Assembly: GCA_963719495.1 (NCBI GenBank)
Contig: CAVRCI010000013.1
Coordinates: 96,001-160,000, forward strand
Direction of reading: 5' to 3'
Origin: an uncultured Verrucomicrobiae bacterium
Lineage (GTDB): Bacteria > Verrucomicrobiota > Verrucomicrobiia > Chthoniobacterales > JAATET01
DNA length: 64,000 bases
Under the pieces are notes generated by a model. That model saw only the letters and a list, made by a program, of their open reading frames with translations. It made no database searches and was not told the DNA's origin. Position 1 is the stretch's first letter. Each line of letters begins with the position of its first letter. The translations under genes were made by a program, and so were the position numbers. Of the stretch, positions 21,011-31,555 are shown one piece after another.

Positions 21011-21227
21011 CCCGATCTTCCGAAGCGCGCCCGTTTTTCACACTGCCCAGAAGGACGAAAATCCACAAAAAAAAGGCGCATCGAGCTGCGATCTCGCAGC
21101 GCGCGTCCCTCTCCAAAACCTGTCATATTGAGCGAAGCGAAATATCTCTGGCTTCTCACCCCGATCTTCCGAAGCGGCCCCGTTTTTCACGCTGCCCAGG
21201 ATGACGAAAACCCACAAAAAAAGGCGC
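21011..21227 (+). repeat. ~68-bp imperfect direct duplication flanking a TGTC REP (21121-21150)
   Basis: CCCGATCTTCCGAAGCG...CGTTTTTCAC.CTGCCCAG...GACGAAAA.CCACAAAAAAA.GGCGC at 21011-21079 and 21160-21227. Confidence 0.85.
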
Positions 21228-21248
21228 GCGTCCCGGGACGCGCGCCTT
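21216..21248 (-). terminator. Intrinsic terminator of the ECF sigma gene
   Basis: Palindrome AAGGCGCGCGTCCC|GGGACGCGCGCCTT followed by a T-run on the minus strand. Confidence 0.75.
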
Positions 21249-21267
21249 GAAAGAATCGTTCAGTTGA

Positions 21268-21870
21268 TCAGGTCACCTTCTGCCGCATCGGCGACACGAC
21301 CTGAGTCAACTTGCGCAGGCCCAATTCGATTCGCGTCTTCACGGTCCCCAACGGCGTCTCGGTTTTCGCCGCGATTTCGCGCTGACTCATGCTCCGGAAG
21401 AATGCCAGCTCCAGCGCCGTCCGCTGGGCTTCCGGCAGCGCATCCATCAACCCACCCAGATACTTGCGCAGATCGGAACGCTCGACCGCCGTCTCGGCGA
21501 GATCGATCTCGGTCTCGGTCTCCGTCGAAGCCTCGGTGTTGTCCTTGAAGCGGTCGGTTGCCCGGGTGTAGGCGCAGCGCTGCCGGATCCGGTCGATCGC
21601 CCGACGTTTGGCGACGGTCGTCAACCAACTGAGCGGCTTGCCCTTGCTCGGAGAATACGTATCCGCCCGGGCCCAGACTTGCATGAGCACCTCCTGCAGA
21701 ACGTCCTCGGTCTCCGCCGAATCGTTGAGCACTCGGTAGATTACCGAGGTCATGATGCCGCAGTGGCAGTCGTAAAGTTCCTGCAAGGCTCGCGAATCGC
21801 GATCTTTGATCCGGCGCATCAATTCGATGTCGGCTTCGGTGGTGTCGATGGTCTCGGTGGTCGTATTCAT
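21268..21870 (-). CDS. ECF RNA polymerase sigma factor (SigK-like)
   Basis: EDVLQEV, WLTTVAKRRAIDRIR, SQREIA...PLGTVKTRI. Confidence 0.9.
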   Translation of the reverse strand: MNTTTETIDTTEADIELMRRIKDRDSRALQELYDCHCGIMTSVIYRVLNDSAETEDVLQEVLMQVWARADTYSPSKGKPLSWLTTVAKRRAIDRIRQRCAYTRATDRFKDNTEASTETETEIDLAETAVERSDLRKYLGGLMDALPEAQRTALELAFFRSMSQREIAAKTETPLGTVKTRIELGLRKLTQVVSPMRQKVT

Positions 21871-22047
21871 GTTTTTGATCTTTCCGATGAGTTGACGTGC
21901 GATTCGTCGCACGGGTCAAAACCTAGGGATCGGCGGGACCGCGCGCCATCGGGTGCCCCCGTCCCTCCTGGCATCGGGGGATTCCCCGATGCCGATCAGC
22001 AACCCCCGGGCTTGACCTCCGACGACGCCCCGTGATCATGCCACCCA

Positions 22048-24354
22048 ATGCGGATGCGGATCGTCACGGACCTCACGCGCTTCCGACTTCCGTTCATCGG
22101 CCTGGCTCTCACCGCCGTCGCCGGAATTCTCCTCGGTCACTCGGCGGCACTGCCGCTGACCCCACTCGCGGTCGCATTTTTCGCGTGCTCGGCGGCGGCT
22201 TTCACCCACGCCGGACGAATGCTTCTGTGGCCGGCGGTCATTTTCGCCTTCGCGGTCCTGATCACGTTCGCGGGGCCGCTCTCGCCCGGGGAGCACCTCG
22301 CCGCCCGGCTCTCGCCCCGATGGCAGATCGCCACGGTCGATCTGCGCGTGACGACCGAACCGGCCGCAACCGACCGGGTCGGCGAATGGCGGTTCCGCGC
22401 CGACCTTGGATCCATCGATCTGCGCGACCAAAGCGTTCATCGCACGGTCCCGGTGGCGGTCCGTTGGCGGGGGCCGAAGCCGCGCTACGGCGACGAGTGG
22501 CGCGTCGCGGGCTCGCTCCGCAACCTGCCCGGCCCGCGCAATCCCGGGCAATTCGACATCCGCACCTGGCTGCGCACGTTCGGCATTTGCAGCGAGTTGC
22601 GCGTCGACCTCGCCGCCGGTGCGGGGCGCATCGACTCGACACCAAATCCGATCATCGCCTTCTCGTTCGCCGCCCGTCGCTGGATCGACCGCACGCTCTC
22701 GCGCGGGATCGAGGGCACACCGGAGGCGGCTGTCATCCGGGCGATGACCATCGGCGACACCTCCGACATCCCGCCGGTCGTCGAAGACGGGTTTCGCCAG
22801 ATCGGGGTCTTCCACCTTTTCTCCGTGAGCGGGCTGCACGTCGGCCTGATCAGCGTCATTCTCTGGGGTGGTCTGGCGATGACCCCGCTCGGCGGACGCC
22901 GGGCGGTCGCGGTGCTCATTCCCGCCATTTTTTTCTACGCGCTGATCACCGGCTGGAAGCCCGCCAGCGTGCGCGCCGCGCTCATGGTCGCGCTCGTCGC
23001 GGGCGGACTCCTCTTCGATCGGCGAGCCCTGCCGTTCAACAGCGTCGCGGCCGCCGCGTTTCTCATTCTCCTGCTGAACCCGCTCGAGCTCTTCAATCCC
23101 GGCTTCCAACTCTCGTTCGGCGTCGTCTTCGCCATTCTGGCGCTCGCCCTCCCGGCCCGGTCGCTCCTCGAGTCCATCGGGCAGCCCGATCCTTTCATTC
23201 CGAAGGAATTACTTTCGTGGACGCAGCGATTCACCGCGTCCGCGGGCCTCAACCTCGCCGCGCTCGGAGCGCTGTCGGTCGCGGCGTGGCTCGGCTCACT
23301 GCCGCTCTCGATCCACTACTTTCACCTCGTCTCGCTGGCCGCCATTCCGGCCAACGTCGCGGCGGTGCCGGTCGCGTTCGCGATGCTGGGATTGAGCCTG
23401 CTCACGATCGCCGTCGGCCTGGTCTCACCGTGGCTGGCGGTTGTCCTCAATAACACCAATTTCCTGCTCGCGAAGGTCCTGCTCGCCGCCATCCATTGGC
23501 TCGCGGGCCAGCCGGGCAGTCATTTTTACGTCGCCGCCCCGGAGCCACCCGGCACCCGCGCGACGCTCACCGTCCTCGATTGCGGCGACGGCGGTTCGAC
23601 CGTTTTTCGAACCGGCAGCCAGACCTGGCTCGTCGATGCCGGCACGGCCTTCGCGGGCGGGGCCATCGTCGGACCATTCCTGCAATCGCGCGGCGTCAAC
23701 CGGGTTTCGACCGCGGTGCTCACCCACGGAGACTCGGACCACCTCGCGGGATTCGCCGACGTCATCCCCCGGGTTCCCATCGACCGGGCGATCGACTCGC
23801 CTCTGCGCGACCGGTCTCCGACGCGCGCCGCAATCGTCCAACTGCTCCGCGCCCATTCAATCCCGGTCGAAACCGTGACCGAGGGCGACGCTTTCGACCT
23901 CGGGTCCGGCGCCAGCGTCGAAGTGCTGTATCCGCCGCCGGACTCGGACCGCCCGGTCGCCGACGACAAGAACGTCGTCCTTCGGCTCACCGTCGGGCGC
24001 TTCCGCGTGCTTCTGCTTTCGGACGCTGGCTGGGCGACCGAGCTCTGGCTGGTCGAAAATGCCGCCGATCAGCTCGCCTGCGACCTGCTCGTGAAGGGGC
24101 ATCATCGCTCGGGCTACTCCGGCAGCGGAGAATTTCTCCGCGCCGCTTCGCCCCAGGCCATCATCGTGAGCGAAACGAATTTCCCGCCAACCGAAGCCCC
24201 CTCCGCCGACTTTCTCGCCGTCGCCGCTCGTTTCGAGATTCCGGTCTTTCGCCAGAGCCGCACCGGTGCCTTGACCGTCCGCGTGACCGACGATGAATTC
24301 GTCGTGACGCCGTTTCTCGATCCCGAATCACCAAGCTCGTTCGTTCTGCCATGA
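22048..24354 (+). CDS. comEC: ComEC/Rec2 competence protein
   Basis: RNPGQFD, HLFSVSGLHVG, SVRAALM, PGFQLSF, metallo-beta-lactamase THGDSDH and GHH. Confidence 0.92.
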   Translation: MRMRIVTDLTRFRLPFIGLALTAVAGILLGHSAALPLTPLAVAFFACSAAAFTHAGRMLLWPAVIFAFAVLITFAGPLSPGEHLAARLSPRWQIATVDLRVTTEPAATDRVGEWRFRADLGSIDLRDQSVHRTVPVAVRWRGPKPRYGDEWRVAGSLRNLPGPRNPGQFDIRTWLRTFGICSELRVDLAAGAGRIDSTPNPIIAFSFAARRWIDRTLSRGIEGTPEAAVIRAMTIGDTSDIPPVVEDGFRQIGVFHLFSVSGLHVGLISVILWGGLAMTPLGGRRAVAVLIPAIFFYALITGWKPASVRAALMVALVAGGLLFDRRALPFNSVAAAAFLILLLNPLELFNPGFQLSFGVVFAILALALPARSLLESIGQPDPFIPKELLSWTQRFTASAGLNLAALGALSVAAWLGSLPLSIHYFHLVSLAAIPANVAAVPVAFAMLGLSLLTIAVGLVSPWLAVVLNNTNFLLAKVLLAAIHWLAGQPGSHFYVAAPEPPGTRATLTVLDCGDGGSTVFRTGSQTWLVDAGTAFAGGAIVGPFLQSRGVNRVSTAVLTHGDSDHLAGFADVIPRVPIDRAIDSPLRDRSPTRAAIVQLLRAHSIPVETVTEGDAFDLGSGASVEVLYPPPDSDRPVADDKNVVLRLTVGRFRVLLLSDAGWATELWLVENAADQLACDLLVKGHHRSGYSGSGEFLRAASPQAIIVSETNFPPTEAPSADFLAVAARFEIPVFRQSRTGALTVRVTDDEFVVTPFLDPESPSSFVLP

Positions 24355-24528
24355 CGGCAGAGCCCCCACGCACTCGTCCCAGCCGACGGGTTGGCAGTCG
24401 CCTCCGCTCCCCTCGCGACGGCGCTCACGAGTGTGCTGCTCCCCGCTCCGCCTCCGCCAACCGCGCTTCTGCCGGAACGAGATGCGGTCGGGTTTGCAAG
24501 CTCGAGCGGAACGCAGAGTCCACCAATC

Positions 24529-27500
24529 TCAACTCGCCTCGGGCTCGAAGCTGATCTCCGGAGCCCCCAGCAGCCCGGCCGGCCACAGCACCCACGCCTC
24601 GGAAAACGACGCCCCCTCGCTCACCCAATTCTCCGGCCCATACCAATCGACGTGCCGCGGGAGCTGGTGCAATGGCCCAAACGTATTCCGCCGCGTGAGA
24701 ATCACCCCCAGCTCCAGCGGCCCCTCGCCGTCCAGTAGCTCCGCGATCTCCGTCTCGCGCGGTTCGAAAGCAATCAGCTCCACCTCGCGGCCACCCCGGC
24801 TCACCGTCACGCACGCGGCCTCGCACTCCGGCAACCGCAGCCGTGCCCGACCCGCCGCCCCGGCCAGCGCGTCGTTGGGAATCTCGTAAACAATCTTGCC
24901 GCCATAAAACGGCAGCCCCTGCGTCGTCACGCACCCCGCCGCCAGCTTCTCCGGCAACCGAGTCACGATCTGCCGCAATCCATCGAGCCGCACCCCGAAG
25001 TCGCCGACGAGGTAGACGGCCTCCAGATCCGTCCCGACGTGAAAGTCGACCTCCAGCTCGATCCGATTCACCCCTTCACGAAGACAGCCCGCCGGGACCA
25101 GCAGCCGCTCCAAGCACTTGTCGATCCACCAACCATCGGTCGACGCGGCATCGAGGCATTCGCCATTCACGCGAATCGCCGCGTGTTGCCCGGGCGCCTC
25201 CAGCACCAATACGACCCCGCCCGGCGGCAACACCTCGATCTCGAATTCAAACCGCAACCCCACCCGCGCCAAAATCGGCCGCGCCTCGTCCCGGCTGAAC
25301 CAAGGCTGCGGCATCCGACCGCCCCTCGGCCGCGCCCCAACACTCTTGCGGATCGCTCGATCGACTTTGAGAATTTCCGCCGCCCCCCGCCACTCACCCC
25401 CGTCCGTCCGATGGGCGGCGCGGTCCAGCACGCAAACGTTCGGCTCCGCGAGCCGATACGCGAAGGCCCCCTCGATCGCGCGAACCGTCTCTCCACCCCC
25501 CGCCGTCTCGACCGCCAACGCCGCCGCCACGCCACCATCATCCTCGCCACCAATCCGATAAAGGTGCTCCTGCGAAGGCCCAAAGTCCGCCCGCAGCTCC
25601 AGCCAATCCCCGACTTGGTCCGCCGCCACCCGCCGACGCTCCCCCGTGCGCGCGTTCCATTCCTCGACAATCCCCGCCCCCCGCAAACGCACGAGCACAT
25701 CCCGCTTCGTCCCCACCCGCTCCACCCTCAGCAGCATCACGAACCGCCCCTGATCCGTCTCCCGCGCGTGCGCGTAGATCGTCGGAATCCGGTAGCCGTG
25801 TTCGCAATCGATCGCCTCGGCGAAAGTCGCCACCTTCCCGCGACAAGCCCGCGTCAGTGAGTTCTGATAAAACGGCACCGGCCCCCGCGCTTCGTAAAAC
25901 GCCCGCCCGCGATCCGACGGCACCGCGTCCACGTATTCCGGCGCGTCCCCCGAGACGATCACCGCCCCGCCCGCCGCCACGAATTCCTCCAGCAGATCGA
26001 GCGTCGCCGCCCGCACCGTCGCCAATCCCGCCACCAACACCGCCCGGTAGCGCCCCTTCCCCACCACGAGCACCGGCGAGCCACCCTCCATTTCCACCCG
26101 CCCCATCCGCTCGAGAAAATCCTCGTCGCCGTAGTCGAAGTCCATCTGCGCCCCCGCCAACCAATGAAAGACGTCCTCGTATTGCCGCTCGAGTTCCTGA
26201 ATCGGAGCCGTCGACGCCGTCAGATTGTTCACCCACCCGTGGTGAATCTGCGCCCAAACCGACTCGACCGGACTCACCACCAGCAATTCGCAAACCGGCG
26301 CGCCCATCTGCAGCACCACGTGAATGCGGCTGAAGTAATCCTCCACGCGCCCGTAGTGCGGATACCAGGCCGACTGGTGCAGAATGCTCCCCGGGTAATC
26401 CCGCTTCGACTCCCCCGCCATCGAATACCACGAAAGGTGCGGGCACCGGACGTTCACCCCCATCAGCGCCTGCCAATCCCCCACCGCCTTGTGCCCCTGA
26501 AACGTCAACTGCCATCCCGTGCAGCCGTAAAGCTCCGACAACACCCAGTCGCGATCCAACTGCCGCGCCGCCGACTGACACTGCTTCGCCAGCCAGAATT
26601 TCCGGTTGTCCTCCGTCAGCACGTCGATCCCCGGCCATTCGAAATGTTCGTAGGTCCGGATCATCGACCCATTCGGCACCGCCTGGCACACCAGACTGTC
26701 CTCGTGCAGCGCGTGGCCCGTGAGCACCAGATCGTGAGCCCGGCACCACTCCCGCATCGGCGCCATGAAGTTCTCCAGGAACATCCGCTGGAGCAGCTCC
26801 ATGTAATGCCACTTCACCTGCGAAACCGGACTCCCGAACGGCTTGAGAAAAATCTCCGGCAGCCGCGCGACGAGATCATAACCAAACTGCCGCTCGAATT
26901 CCCCCGCCAGATTCTCGGTCCACGGGATCACCCACGACGAATGGTGATGGTCCGCAAAACTGCTGAGCACCATCCCGCGATGCGGCTCATCCGTGAACAT
27001 CCCCTTGATCGACCGCCCCAGCCGCCCGCCGCATTTTTCCCGATAACGCTCGTGCGTGACCTCGAGAAATTTCCGCGTCGCCGCCGGGTCCAGCGTATTG
27101 AGATACGACGCCCCGTTGTAAAACGAATCCTCGTCCATCACCTCCACCGCGAACGCCACCACCTGCTTCCCGGCCTCGAGTCCCCCGGCATCCGCCTGGA
27201 AGATCCGCCGACCTTCGTGAAAATGAAATCCCTCGCCGTGATAAGCGTCCATCTCGCCCAGAAACGCCGCGACGAACTCCGACCGCCACCGAAAGTCCTC
27301 CGACGCGATGCGCTCCAACCGCAGGTAACGCATCCGGTATCGCGGATCGCGCGTCGCGATCCCCCCCGCCGACCCGCTCGGCCACCGATCCTCGTCGTAG
27401 AGCCATGCCTCCATCCCCCGCCGCTCCGCCTCGTCCGCGCACGCATTCACCAACTCGAACCACTCGTCCCCGAGATACTCCGTCACCAACCCCGTCCGCG

Positions 27501-27669
27501 AATGCATGAAGAACCCGCCGAATCCCATCTCCTCGAGCACCCCCACCTGCCGCAACAACTCGTCCCGCTCCAGCTTCCCGTTCCAACTCCAGAAGGGCTT
27601 CCCCCGGTATTCCGCGGTAGGCTTCGACCAGAGTTCGAGCAGACGGGGCGTGGAATGAGCGACGGACAT
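24529..27669 (-). CDS. Glycoside hydrolase, GH106-like (alpha-L-rhamnosidase family)
   Basis: PFWSWNG, GFGGFFMHSRTGL, WLYDEDRWPSG, FTDEP, PGID, SELYG. Confidence 0.75.
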   Translation of the reverse strand: MSVAHSTPRLLELWSKPTAEYRGKPFWSWNGKLERDELLRQVGVLEEMGFGGFFMHSRTGLVTEYLGDEWFELVNACADEAERRGMEAWLYDEDRWPSGSAGGIATRDPRYRMRYLRLERIASEDFRWRSEFVAAFLGEMDAYHGEGFHFHEGRRIFQADAGGLEAGKQVVAFAVEVMDEDSFYNGASYLNTLDPAATRKFLEVTHERYREKCGGRLGRSIKGMFTDEPHRGMVLSSFADHHHSSWVIPWTENLAGEFERQFGYDLVARLPEIFLKPFGSPVSQVKWHYMELLQRMFLENFMAPMREWCRAHDLVLTGHALHEDSLVCQAVPNGSMIRTYEHFEWPGIDVLTEDNRKFWLAKQCQSAARQLDRDWVLSELYGCTGWQLTFQGHKAVGDWQALMGVNVRCPHLSWYSMAGESKRDYPGSILHQSAWYPHYGRVEDYFSRIHVVLQMGAPVCELLVVSPVESVWAQIHHGWVNNLTASTAPIQELERQYEDVFHWLAGAQMDFDYGDEDFLERMGRVEMEGGSPVLVVGKGRYRAVLVAGLATVRAATLDLLEEFVAAGGAVIVSGDAPEYVDAVPSDRGRAFYEARGPVPFYQNSLTRACRGKVATFAEAIDCEHGYRIPTIYAHARETDQGRFVMLLRVERVGTKRDVLVRLRGAGIVEEWNARTGERRRVAADQVGDWLELRADFGPSQEHLYRIGGEDDGGVAAALAVETAGGGETVRAIEGAFAYRLAEPNVCVLDRAAHRTDGGEWRGAAEILKVDRAIRKSVGARPRGGRMPQPWFSRDEARPILARVGLRFEFEIEVLPPGGVVLVLEAPGQHAAIRVNGECLDAASTDGWWIDKCLERLLVPAGCLREGVNRIELEVDFHVGTDLEAVYLVGDFGVRLDGLRQIVTRLPEKLAAGCVTTQGLPFYGGKIVYEIPNDALAGAAGRARLRLPECEAACVTVSRGGREVELIAFEPRETEIAELLDGEGPLELGVILTRRNTFGPLHQLPRHVDWYGPENWVSEGASFSEAWVLWPAGLLGAPEISFEPEAS

Positions 27670-27761
27670 GGCACCGAACTCATCCCCAACCCGCCGACCC
27701 ATTGCAAGGAACGATTAGTAACAAGTGGACGAAAACCCGTTTCCACGCGATGCTCCACCCC

Positions 27762-27777
27762 AACACATCGTTACGTA
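27762..27777. promoter_or_regulatory. Putative LacI-family operator
   Basis: AACACATCGTTACGTA between the divergent GH106 and sulfatase genes; matches four other sites. Confidence 0.65.
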
Positions 27778-27779
27778 TC

Positions 27780-29255
27780 ATGACCCCCGCCCGCCTCCGC
27801 CTTCTCCTCATCCCGGCGCTTTTTCTCACCGTTCCGATCTCCCGCGCGGCGGAGACCAAGCCAGCCCGCCCCAACGTCATCTTCCTCCTCACCGACGACC
27901 AGCGCTGGGACTGGATCGGCTACGCCGACGACCGGATCCACACCCCCAACCTCGACCGCCTCGCCCGCGCCGGCACGATCTTCACGAATTGCTTCACCGT
28001 CGCACCCGTCTGCGCCCTCAGCCGGGCCAGCCTCCTCACCGGCCAATACCCGCTCCGCCACGGCATCGACGATTTCGTGAAGACCTTCACCCCCCAGCAG
28101 GAAAAAAACCTCTACCCCGTCCTGCTCCGCGACGGCGGCACCTTCACCGGATTCATCGGAAAATGGGGCGTCGGCGACACTCCGGAGGCCACCGCCAAAG
28201 CCGCCGCCTACTTCGATTTCTGGGCCGGCCAACCCCGCCAGACGAACTACTGGCACGAACAGGACTGCCACTACGTCGCAACCAACGGCCCGGACAACCT
28301 CTGCGACTGCCCGAATCCCGCCGCCGGCCAAGCGGCCTACGACAACCGCTTCGGCCGCGCCGACCTCACCGACCCCATCCACGTCGACGGCCAGGTCGTC
28401 CCGATCAAGACCCGCCAATTCCTCGACGCCGCGCCGAAGGACCAACCATTCAATCTCTCCATCTCGTTCAAAGCCCCGCACAACCCCGTCGCCGACTTCG
28501 AACCCCGTTTCGCCGAAGCCTACAAGCAGACGAACCTCCCCATCCCCGCGACGGCCACCCACGCCGCCGCCGACACCCGCCCCGACTTCTTCGACAAATT
28601 TCTCGGCCGCATCGAAGGCAAAAAATACCTCGATAAAAAAGGCCTTCTCCAAGGGAACATTCGCGCCGAAGCCCGCCTCCTCATGAGCGTCGACTCCGCC
28701 GTCGGCGAGATCATGGCAGAACTCGAAGCCCGCGGCCTCGCCGACAACACGGTCATCCTCTTCACCTCCGATCACGGCTACTTCCACGGCGAATTCGGCC
28801 TCACCGGCAAATGGCTCACCTACGACCCGTCGATCCGCGTCCCCGGCTTCCTCTACGATCCCCGGCCCGGCGCCGACCTCCCCGCCACCAGCGACGCGAT
28901 GATCCTCACGATCGATTTCACCACCACCATGCTCGCCCTCGCGGACGTTCCAGCGCCGGCAACCATGCAGGGCCGCAACATCTACGACGCGCTCGAGGCC
29001 AAACCCGACTGGCGCACCCACGCCTTCTTCGAGCACCCCTACGCCCACGCCGGCCAGATCCTCCCCACCGAAGCCATCTTCGACGGCAATTGGAAATACA
29101 TCCGCTACGTCGACCGCAACCCAGTCTACGAAGAACTCTTCGACTGGACGAACGACCCCGAAGAACTCACCAACCTGGCCACCGATCCAGCCCACGAACA
29201 GGACTTGGCAAGAATGCGCAACCTCCACGAAACCGATACAAAAGCCCTCGAGTAA
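27780..29255 (+). CDS. Secreted sulfatase (S1 family)
   Basis: PNVIFLLTDDQR, TPNLDRLA, CALSRASLLTG, GKW, KAPH, SDHG. Confidence 0.9.
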   Translation: MTPARLRLLLIPALFLTVPISRAAETKPARPNVIFLLTDDQRWDWIGYADDRIHTPNLDRLARAGTIFTNCFTVAPVCALSRASLLTGQYPLRHGIDDFVKTFTPQQEKNLYPVLLRDGGTFTGFIGKWGVGDTPEATAKAAAYFDFWAGQPRQTNYWHEQDCHYVATNGPDNLCDCPNPAAGQAAYDNRFGRADLTDPIHVDGQVVPIKTRQFLDAAPKDQPFNLSISFKAPHNPVADFEPRFAEAYKQTNLPIPATATHAAADTRPDFFDKFLGRIEGKKYLDKKGLLQGNIRAEARLLMSVDSAVGEIMAELEARGLADNTVILFTSDHGYFHGEFGLTGKWLTYDPSIRVPGFLYDPRPGADLPATSDAMILTIDFTTTMLALADVPAPATMQGRNIYDALEAKPDWRTHAFFEHPYAHAGQILPTEAIFDGNWKYIRYVDRNPVYEELFDWTNDPEELTNLATDPAHEQDLARMRNLHETDTKALE

Positions 29256-29345
29256 CCCAAACAAAAATCGGCTGAAAGCCGTTTCACTTCAACCCAAGCA
29301 AACCCAACTCCCCTAACAAACATCCACCCCCATGCCCATCATCCC

Positions 29346-30188
29346 ATGCGCCTCCTAGCCCTCCTCACCATCACCGCCGCCCTCGGCACAGCCACAAGCC
29401 AAGCCGCCGACTTCAAATTCGTCGGCGAAGCCGACGGCGACTTCCTTGCCCCCACCAACTGGGTGCCGGAAGGCCCACCCAGCTTCAACGACATCGCGGT
29501 CGTCGACGGATCCGCGTCGACCGTCCTCTCCGACTCGGTCGAAATCTCCCGACTCGCCCTCGGCAACGACGCCACGCTGAAGATCGCCTCCGGCGGCGTC
29601 CTCTCGGTCGGCAAGAATCACCTCTACGTCGGCATCTCCGGCTTCAACGGCGTCGAGGGCGTCGGCACGGCCACCCTCGAACTCGAGGAAGGCGGGGAAC
29701 TCTCCGTCGACAAATTTTACCTCGCCGCTTACGACCCTCCCGGCCGCAACGGCCGCGTCGTCTTCGCCGGAGGCAAGGTCTTCGTCGCCGAGCGCTTCTG
29801 GGTCGGAGCCAACGCCCTCAACGACGGCGTCACCGGCGAACTCACCATCCAAGGCTCCAAGCTCACCTGGGAAACACCCACCGCCGAAATCCGACTCGGC
29901 TCCGGCAAAGGCAACGCCATCCTCAACCTCGTCTTCGACGAATCGGGAATCAGCCACCTCACCGCCAAGGACGTCCAACTCGGCAACGAAAAGCTCATCC
30001 TCAACGTCGACCTGACCGCCGCCAAAATCACCACCGCCACCACCATCCCCCTCATCACCTACTCCGGCACCCTCCAAGGCGAATTCGGGGACATTTTTCT
30101 GGAAGGAATGCCCGAAGGGCACGACGGAACCATCACCTACGGCCCCGGCGAAAACGGCACCATCAGCCTGGAAATCACCAAGCGGTAA
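29346..30188 (+). CDS. Secreted beta-strand-rich protein; paralogue of the PEP-CTERM protein at 42158 lacking the anchor
   Basis: Signal peptide; colinear with the 42158 protein (SRL.LGN, ASGG, LY.G..G.NG, GRNG, RFWVG, NDGV.G, YSG.L.G.FG). Confidence 0.8.
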   Translation: MRLLALLTITAALGTATSQAADFKFVGEADGDFLAPTNWVPEGPPSFNDIAVVDGSASTVLSDSVEISRLALGNDATLKIASGGVLSVGKNHLYVGISGFNGVEGVGTATLELEEGGELSVDKFYLAAYDPPGRNGRVVFAGGKVFVAERFWVGANALNDGVTGELTIQGSKLTWETPTAEIRLGSGKGNAILNLVFDESGISHLTAKDVQLGNEKLILNVDLTAAKITTATTIPLITYSGTLQGEFGDIFLEGMPEGHDGTITYGPGENGTISLEITKR

Positions 30189-30206
30189 ACCTCAAAAGGA
30201 AAATCA

Positions 30207-30338
30207 GACAGGATTCACAGGATTTACAGGATTGATTGGGAAGGACTTCCGCGACGGGGATCGGTCACCCAGTGAGTGAGTGGGGATGTGATTCGGAGTG
30301 ACTGAAATTCAATCCTGTCCATCCTGTAAATCCTGTCC
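30207..30338. repeat. Inverted 9-bp tandem trimer element
   Basis: GACAGGATTCACAGGATTTACAGGATT ... AATCCTGTCCATCCTGTAAATCCTGTC. Confidence 0.85.
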
Positions 30339-30377
30339 AACTCAGAATCAGAAGCTCGGCGCGAGCAGGCAAACCGA

Positions 30378-31439
30378 TCAAACCGTCCCGAGACCCACCG
30401 CCACGACAGAATCCCGGATCATCAACCGCCCAGTCACCACAGCCGACCGCGCCGCCTTGCCCACCTCACCCTCCTCCGCGAGCAACCGCACACTCTCGTC
30501 CGCGATTCGTGCGTAATCCTGCGAGATCGTCGTCAACCGGCAAGGCAGCCAACGCGCCAGATCGATGTCGTCGAAACCGACCACCGAAATGTCCCGCGGA
30601 AACTCCAGCCCGGCGTCCAGAATCGCCCGCACGATCGCGATCGCCGTCAGATCGTTCACCGCGCAGATCACCGTCGGACGCTTGCGAACCGGCCGCTCGC
30701 ACAGCTCGCGCACGGCCCGCGCGATGTCGTCCAACGCCGGCGGACACTCCACGACCAAGTCCGCGTCCAGCGTCAACTTCACCGCCTCCAGCGCCCGCCG
30801 CAGCCGCCCTTCCCGATCCCGATCCTTCAGCGCCTGAGGTTGAGCCGACACGTAGGCAATCCGTTCGTGACCCCGATCGCGCAGCAATTCCGCCAGATCC
30901 GCAAAAGCTTCGTCGTCGGCCACCCGCACCGAACGCACGTCCAGCTCCTTGGGCGGCGTCCCCACAAAAACCAGCCGCCGCCCCGACTGGGCGTATTCTT
31001 GCAGAGTCGCGATGTTCTTCTCCGAAAACATCGTCGCGCAAATCATCCCGTCCACGCTCAGCGCCAACAAATTCTGAATCGCCCGCCCCTCGCGCGCCGG
31101 ATCCCCGCTGCAATCCTCGATCACCACTTCGTAACCCGCCGTCTCGAGCGAGGCCTCCAACGAGTGCGCGAGCGATACGTAAAACGGATTGAGAATGTCG
31201 CTGACGATGATCCCGATCAGCCCGGAATTCCCCGTCCGCAGCAGCCGCGCCGCCCGGTTCACCCGGTAACCCAGCCGTTCCGCCGCCGCCCGCACCCGCT
31301 CCTTCGTTTCCTTCGAAGCCCAACACCGCTCCCGCTCGTTGAGGATGTCCGAAACCGTCGCGGGAGTCACCCCCGACTCGCCCGCAATGTCCCGAAGCGT
31401 CACGCGATCCGCCGATTTCCGAGCGCCGGCAGCCTTCAT
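30378..31439 (-). CDS. LacI-family transcriptional regulator
   Basis: VTLRDIA...VTPATVSDILN HTH, LGYRVNRAARLL, NDLTAI, DISVVGFDD. Confidence 0.93.
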   Translation of the reverse strand: MKAAGARKSADRVTLRDIAGESGVTPATVSDILNERERCWASKETKERVRAAAERLGYRVNRAARLLRTGNSGLIGIIVSDILNPFYVSLAHSLEASLETAGYEVVIEDCSGDPAREGRAIQNLLALSVDGMICATMFSEKNIATLQEYAQSGRRLVFVGTPPKELDVRSVRVADDEAFADLAELLRDRGHERIAYVSAQPQALKDRDREGRLRRALEAVKLTLDADLVVECPPALDDIARAVRELCERPVRKRPTVICAVNDLTAIAIVRAILDAGLEFPRDISVVGFDDIDLARWLPCRLTTISQDYARIADESVRLLAEEGEVGKAARSAVVTGRLMIRDSVVAVGLGTV

Positions 31440-31555
31440 GAAATCGAGTCAAAGGGTGCGGTGACAAATCGGGCGGACATCGGTGAGGTTTCTTCTATTG
31501 CCTGACAAATCACCCCACAAGCATCATTGGAAGCGAGCTACCCTCCCCGCCTTGA

